This document shows, one piece after another, positions 59,096 to 64,000 of a stretch of 64,000 nt of DNA. A program made the translations under genes and the position numbers. The stretch is from Oscillospiraceae bacterium. GTDB taxonomy: Bacteria; Bacillota; Clostridia; Oscillospirales; Oscillospiraceae. The notes below the pieces were generated by a model, which did no database searches, was not told the origin of the DNA, and saw only the letters and a program-made list of their open reading frames with translations. Numbering within the stretch: position 1 is the first letter of the stretch; every line of letters begins with the position of its first letter. The DNA is taken from contig JAFQIL010000027.1 of assembly GCA_017397565.1 (NCBI GenBank), forward strand, positions 3,481 through 67,480, written 5' to 3'.

Positions 59096-60203
59096 CGCCG
59101 GCATCCTCCGTCAACTCGTCATACTCGGCGGAGTAAGAGCTGTAGTCACCAAACATACCGGAATATTCGCTCTTGTGCATGATGTGGATATCCTCCGGAT
59201 TCAGACGAATGCCGATCTGTGCACCCACAGGCTGGAAATCCGTAGTTTGGATCAGCCACTTGAAGCCCTTGAATTCCACGATAATATCATAATTCAGGCC
59301 CTTGAAGGTGATACCGGTAACGGTGCCCACCAGATGTCCCTGGTCAGGCTCCACAATGTCGATATCCTCCGGCCGAATGACCACATCCACCGGCTCGTTG
59401 GGCTCAAAGCCGGCATCCACACAGGTAAAGGTCCTGCCAAAGAACTTAACTTTATAATCTGCCAGCATAATACCGTCCAGGATGTTACTTTCGCCAATGA
59501 AGTCTGCCACAAAGGCGTTCTCCGGCTCGTTGTAAATATCCTCGGGCTTGCCGATCTGCTGGATCCGACCCTTATCCATAACAACCACAGTATCAGACAT
59601 GGAAAGCGCCTCTTCCTGATCGTGGGTAACATAGACAAAAGTGATGCCGGTAGCCTGCTGGATCCGCTTCAGCTCGTTCTGCATATCCTTACGCAGGCGA
59701 AGATCCAAAGCGCCCAAAGGCTCGTCCAGCAGCAAGACCTTCGGCTCATTGACCAGTGCTCTGGCAATGGCGACACGCTGCTGCTGTCCGCCGGACAAGG
59801 AGGATACATTTCGGTGGCCGTAGCCCTTCAGACTAACCACCTCCAGCATATGATTGACCCGCTGTTCGATCTCTTCCTTGGGTACTTTCGCCACCCGAAG
59901 GCCAAAGGCAATATTATCAAATACATTCAGGTGCGGAAACAGCGCATACCGCTGGAACACAGTATTGATCTGCCGTTTATAAGGCGGCACCTCATTGATA
60001 CATTCCCCGTCAAAAATCACCGTACCGGATGTTGGCGTAAGGAAGCCGCCAATGATCCGCAATGTAGTGGTTTTTCCGCAGCCGGAAGGACCCAGCAGGG
60101 TTAAAAATTCATGGTCATTGATATAGAGATTGATGCCGTCGAGAATACGCTCCCCGTCGAACTCCATGGTAAGATCCCGGAGCCTGATGAGTTCCTTGGA
60201 CAT
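59082..60203 (-). CDS. potA: Polyamine ABC ATPase
   Basis: [21 protein letters not shown] and THDQEEA motifs. Confidence 0.92.
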   Translation of the reverse strand: MSKELIRLRDLTMEFDGERILDGINLYINDHEFLTLLGPSGCGKTTTLRIIGGFLTPTSGTVIFDGECINEVPPYKRQINTVFQRYALFPHLNVFDNIAFGLRVAKVPKEEIEQRVNHMLEVVSLKGYGHRNVSSLSGGQQQRVAIARALVNEPKVLLLDEPLGALDLRLRKDMQNELKRIQQATGITFVYVTHDQEEALSMSDTVVVMDKGRIQQIGKPEDIYNEPENAFVADFIGESNILDGIMLADYKVKFFGRTFTCVDAGFEPNEPVDVVIRPEDIDIVEPDQGHLVGTVTGITFKGLNYDIIVEFKGFKWLIQTTDFQPVGAQIGIRLNPEDIHIMHKSEYSGMFGDYSSYSAEYDELTEDAGDEEE

Positions 60204-60320
60204 TATCCTCCCCCGTTCCTTTTCGTAGATTTCGTCACAATATGACAAGTATACATATACTAAAAATTCTGCCTTTTGTCAATGGATTTGCCCGGTTACA
60301 GGTAAGAATATTTTTCATTT

Positions 60321-61208
60321 TCACCGGTCAAGCATTTGCCTTTTCAGGCTGCCCTGTTCTTTTCGGTAAGCATTGGGTGTTTTTCCACAGATCCGACGGA
60401 ACATTTTTGTAAAGTAGGAGCTGCTCCCCCACCCGGTACGCATAGCCACCTCTGTCACAGAAAGCTCTGTTGCTTCCAAAAGCTTTTCCGCAGCCCGGAC
60501 GCGGTATTCCAAAAGATACTCCATGGGAGACTGGTTGATGGATGCCCGGAAGCAGCGCAGGCACTCCCGGGTGCTGACGGTGCCGGCCTCGGCGATCTGG
60601 TCCAAGGTCAGCTTTTCGGCAAAGTTTTCCTGGATAAATGCCAGCATGGTAAGCATTCTGTCCTGATTCTTGGATGGGACTGTCTCAATTCTGGTTTGGG
60701 AGAGCTCCTCCAAAAGCAGCAACCAAATCTCGCTGAGAAGATTTCTTGTCTGAAACTCCACATTCTCCTGCGCCTGCAGCAAGGAAAGCTGCCGCAGCTT
60801 TTGCAGGAGCTGCTTTTGCGTCTGCGTCTGTCCCCGGATCGGCAGCAAATCCAGCTTCCGGTTTTGGATCACCGGATTCAGATATTTCGTTTCATATACG
60901 CTCTTAAAGTGACCGCCCAAAAACACAGGATGGAACAAATGAGAATCAATGAAGCACCCACCGGTATCTGTCATGGCAGTCAGCACATTGCTGTTGATAA
61001 AAAAGCCTTCCCCTTTTTCAAACGTCTGGGTCTGTCCGGCGGTAGATACCTTTACGCTTCCGGCTTGCACATATCCAAACTCCAGCGCTTCATGCCAGTG
61101 CCAGGGCACTGCCGTTTTCCCCATATCCACAGGGTGAAACGCATAGGGGTACGCATTGTGCAGTCCCTCCACCTCTTCCATCTGATTGCTTCTGATCTGC
61201 AGCTTCAT
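60321..61208 (-). CDS. AraC-family regulator
   Basis: PWHWH cupin and C-terminal AraC HTH. Confidence 0.9.
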   Translation of the reverse strand: MKLQIRSNQMEEVEGLHNAYPYAFHPVDMGKTAVPWHWHEALEFGYVQAGSVKVSTAGQTQTFEKGEGFFINSNVLTAMTDTGGCFIDSHLFHPVFLGGHFKSVYETKYLNPVIQNRKLDLLPIRGQTQTQKQLLQKLRQLSLLQAQENVEFQTRNLLSEIWLLLLEELSQTRIETVPSKNQDRMLTMLAFIQENFAEKLTLDQIAEAGTVSTRECLRCFRASINQSPMEYLLEYRVRAAEKLLEATELSVTEVAMRTGWGSSSYFTKMFRRICGKTPNAYRKEQGSLKRQMLDR

Positions 61209-61357
61209 ATTGAGTATATCCTTTCTAAAAACAGTAAAAGTTGGCTATATCGTTATATTTTAAGGCTATATATTGATTGTAATACGCAATATTGTCTTTA
61301 TAATAATATTATACAGAGGTTATGAAAAAAGTAAAGTATTTTTAAGGAGGAGCGCAT

Positions 61358-61444
61358 ATGACTTCTATCATTTATCTGATCATCTTTTTGGCAGGTCTGT
61401 ACGGTCTTCAGGTTTTAGAGAGCTGGTTGAATATAGAGGCATAA
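61358..61444 (+). CDS. Candidate 28-aa hydrophobic peptide
   Basis: AAGGAGG RBS; MTSIIYLIIFLAGLYGLQVLESWLNIEA; terminator follows. Confidence 0.4.
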   Translation: MTSIIYLIIFLAGLYGLQVLESWLNIEA

Positions 61445-61464
61445 ACCAGCCTCGACGGTACAAC

Positions 61465-61498
61465 AAAAGCGCGCAGTAGCAACTACTGCGCGCTTTTC
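61465..61498. terminator. Bidirectional terminator
   Basis: AAAAGCGCGCAGTAG-CAA-CTACTGCGCGCTTTT. Confidence 0.8.
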
Positions 61499-61508
61499 TA
61501 TGCATACG

Positions 61509-62894
61509 TTACGCCAAATAGATCGCCTTGCAGGCCAGCATGGTCTCGTAGCAATCCAGCTTGGAAACCAGCTCCAGAGGAGCATGCATGCTTAAAACAG
61601 GCACGCCGGCATCCACGGTAACGATGTTGCGGTTGGCCATATAGGCAGCCACCGTGCCGCCACCGCCCTGGTCGACCTTACCCAGGGTCGCGATCTGCCA
61701 AATGACACCGGCCTTGGCGAAGGTGGTGCGGATATGACCCATAGCCTCAGCGGAAGCATCGGATGCGCCGCCCTTACCCCGGGAGCCGGTATACTTGCAG
61801 ATGGAGATACCGTAGTTCAAACGGGAATTGTTCCGGCTATCGGAAACTTCGGCAAAGTTGGGGTCGTAAGCGTTGGAAACATCAGCGCTGAGGCAGAAGG
61901 AATTGGCAAAGCAGTCCTCCAGCTTCACGCCCTGGGCATCACACAAGCCGCCCATGAAATGCTCAAAGTAATGGCTCTGCATACCGGAAATACCCACGGA
62001 GCCGATCTCTTCCTTGTCAGCCAGGATGCAGACAGCCGTCTTGGTGGGCGTTTCAATGTTAAACAGGGCTTCCAGCTCAGCGTAGGCGCAGACCCGGTCG
62101 TCATGACCGTAGGCACTGAGCAGACTCCGGTCGAAGCCTACCTCACGGCATTTGCCGGCAGGAACGATAACCAGTTCCGCAGACAGGAAGTCTTCCTCGA
62201 TGAGGCCGTACTTTTCGTTGAGCCACTTCATGATGTTCAGCTTCACAAGATCGCTGCCCTCGCCCTCGATAGGCTCAGAGCCCAAAATCACATTCAGCTG
62301 CTCACCGGCAATAACCTTACCGGCAGTTTTTTGCATCTGATCCGCAGCCAGATGGGGCAGCAGATCAGAGACCATCAGCACAGGATCAGCGGGATCTTCG
62401 CCAATGGTGATGGTGATGACGCTGCCGTCCTTGCGGTAAACCACACCATGGAGCGCCAGCTCAATGGTGGGCCACTGATACTTCTTGATGCCGCCGTAGT
62501 AGTGGGTCTTGAAGTAGGCGATCTCAGAGTCCTCGTACAAAGGATTGGGCTTCAGGTCCATTCGGGGGCTGTCTACATGGGCAGCGCAGATGTTTGCGCC
62601 CTTCGCCAGAGATTCTTTGCCTACGACCGCCAAAGCGATGGCCTTGTCACGGCAGTTATAATAAATCTTTTCGCCGGGATTGGCAGTCATGCCGGGGGTA
62701 AAGGGCTTAAAGCCCAGCTTTTCCGCTTCTGCAATTGCCCAGGCGGTAGCTTCCCGCTCCGTTTTGCAAGCATCCATGAAAGCCATGTAGCGCTTGCAGT
62801 ATTCATTCATTTCAGCCTTCTGCTCCGCGGTAATACGGGTATAGCCGTTCTTCGGCGCGGCAAGCAGAGCTTCGCGCAATTCTTCATTGGTCAT
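61509..62894 (-). CDS. M18 family aminopeptidase
   Basis: AHVDSPR, YYGGIKKYQW, DDRVC, KEEIGS and SMHAP motifs. Confidence 0.92.
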   Translation of the reverse strand: MTNEELREALLAAPKNGYTRITAEQKAEMNEYCKRYMAFMDACKTEREATAWAIAEAEKLGFKPFTPGMTANPGEKIYYNCRDKAIALAVVGKESLAKGANICAAHVDSPRMDLKPNPLYEDSEIAYFKTHYYGGIKKYQWPTIELALHGVVYRKDGSVITITIGEDPADPVLMVSDLLPHLAADQMQKTAGKVIAGEQLNVILGSEPIEGEGSDLVKLNIMKWLNEKYGLIEEDFLSAELVIVPAGKCREVGFDRSLLSAYGHDDRVCAYAELEALFNIETPTKTAVCILADKEEIGSVGISGMQSHYFEHFMGGLCDAQGVKLEDCFANSFCLSADVSNAYDPNFAEVSDSRNNSRLNYGISICKYTGSRGKGGASDASAEAMGHIRTTFAKAGVIWQIATLGKVDQGGGGTVAAYMANRNIVTVDAGVPVLSMHAPLELVSKLDCYETMLACKAIYLA

Positions 62895-62908
62895 AGGTCA
62901 TATCTCCT

Positions 62909-63496
62909 TTATTGGTTTTCTTTCATTATACCCAGAGAAAACAAAAATGCAAGGCATTTTGCCTGAAACGCCTCTAGATTTCCGTCGTTGACAAGCACAT
63001 GGTTACATTTTTCCCGAAACCAAGCTTCCTCGTGCTGGGCGGAAACACGGCTGCGGGCGTATTCTTCTGAAATGCCGTCCCGACCCATAAGCCGCTTGAT
63101 CCGATCTTCTAAGGGTGCGGTGACGGCTACGGTCACATCACAAAGCTCCGCAAGGCCGCCCTCAAACAGGCCGATGGCATCGATGGCTGTCAGCTTCGTC
63201 CGTTCCTCTAGTTTACATAACACTTCCCGTTTTACTGCGCTGTGGGTGATTTGGTTTAAGTCTTCCAAAGCAGATTTATCTGCAAAAACGATGTTTCCCA
63301 GCTTTTTTCGGTTCAAAGTGCCCTGTTCTACCACACCGGGAAAACGATCCTCAATAGCACGAAGCAAGGACAAATCCTGCTTCAGCTGCTGATGGTAAAT
63401 CTCATCACAGTCCAACACCCTTCCGCCCTGCTCCCGAATGACATTCAAAAGAGTGGTCTTTCCGGAACCGGTGCCGCCGGTAATGCCCAGAATCAT
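62909..63496 (-). CDS. coaE: Dephospho-CoA kinase
   Basis: GITGGTGSGKT, D.D.I.H and NRKKLG.IVF motifs. Confidence 0.92.
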   Translation of the reverse strand: MILGITGGTGSGKTTLLNVIREQGGRVLDCDEIYHQQLKQDLSLLRAIEDRFPGVVEQGTLNRKKLGNIVFADKSALEDLNQITHSAVKREVLCKLEERTKLTAIDAIGLFEGGLAELCDVTVAVTAPLEDRIKRLMGRDGISEEYARSRVSAQHEEAWFREKCNHVLVNDGNLEAFQAKCLAFLFSLGIMKENQ

Positions 63497-64000
63497 CACT
63501 CCACCTCCGCATCCACGATTTGGAAGGCTGCCGCTTTTTTTAGCCGATTCTGCACCGCATAGGCTACACCGCCCCCTTCGGGACATCGGGCATAGACCTT
63601 CCGGACAGCCGGATCATCCAGCTCCCGCAGCGCAGCAAACAGGCCTGCGGACAAAGTATTTACATCTGCTTCTTTTCCGTAAGCCAAGGGTGAAAAGCCC
63701 TCATAAAGCGGAAGCTCTTCTTCAAAACACAGCACCCGATCACCGGGGGCAAAGTATCGGCGAATGTAAGATGCCGCCTTTTCCCGGGAACCGGCTACGA
63801 TCAGTACCTCTGCCTGTGGGGCATAATGCTTGTATTTCATGCCGGGGGCCTTGACTACCGCTTCTTTGTCAATTTGCGCGGTAACTGCTTTATCTACCAC
63901 CAGCTCCCCCAACACCTGATAAAGCTGTTCCGGGGTGATGCCGCCGGGACGCAGCAGACGGGGCTGCCCGTCAGTCAAGTCGATAATCGTAGATTCCACG
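63496..64000 (-). CDS. sua5: Sua5/TsaC threonylcarbamoyl-AMP synthase (5'-partial)
   Basis: ESTIID, LLRPG, PGMKYKHYAP and NRLKKAA motifs. Confidence 0.92.
   Translation of the reverse strand, partial: VESTIIDLTDGQPRLLRPGGITPEQLYQVLGELVVDKAVTAQIDKEAVVKAPGMKYKHYAPQAEVLIVAGSREKAASYIRRYFAPGDRVLCFEEELPLYEGFSPLAYGKEADVNTLSAGLFAALRELDDPAVRKVYARCPEGGGVAYAVQNRLKKAAAFQIVDAEVE

Overview
The window has two parts. 1) Bases 1 to ~37,410 are the right part of a temperate prophage next to the 3' end of tRNA-Trp, in what looks like a Clostridia (Oscillospiraceae-like) chromosome. From right to left it holds: tyrosine integrase; a cI/cro switch with face-to-face promoters; excisionase; a complete diversity-generating retroelement (two target genes, avd, TR, RT) inside the early operon; recombination and replication genes; a DNA-modification cluster (C5 MTase, PAPS-reductase-like gene, adenine MTase); small accessory ORFs; terminase, portal, a phage-encoded Prp protease, scaffold and capsid; podovirus-like tail and internal virion genes; and a >2750-aa polyvalent protein that runs off the left edge and is absent from the ORF track. 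2) Bases ~37,410-64,000 are host DNA: two tRNAs, a MITE-like element, an uncharacterised amino-sugar catabolic cluster, a P-type ATPase, pot polyamine ABC genes, an M18 aminopeptidase, coaE and sua5. The two most striking observations are (a) a PAPS-reductase-like gene whose central GFP..C..LK motif occurs as three diverged tandem cassettes, one per reading frame, between an (AG)9A tract and a C6 tract plus G-GGA-AAA slippery site, and (b) a DGR that diversifies two small non-structural early proteins from one 71-bp template. All family assignments come from motif recognition by eye, not from database searches.
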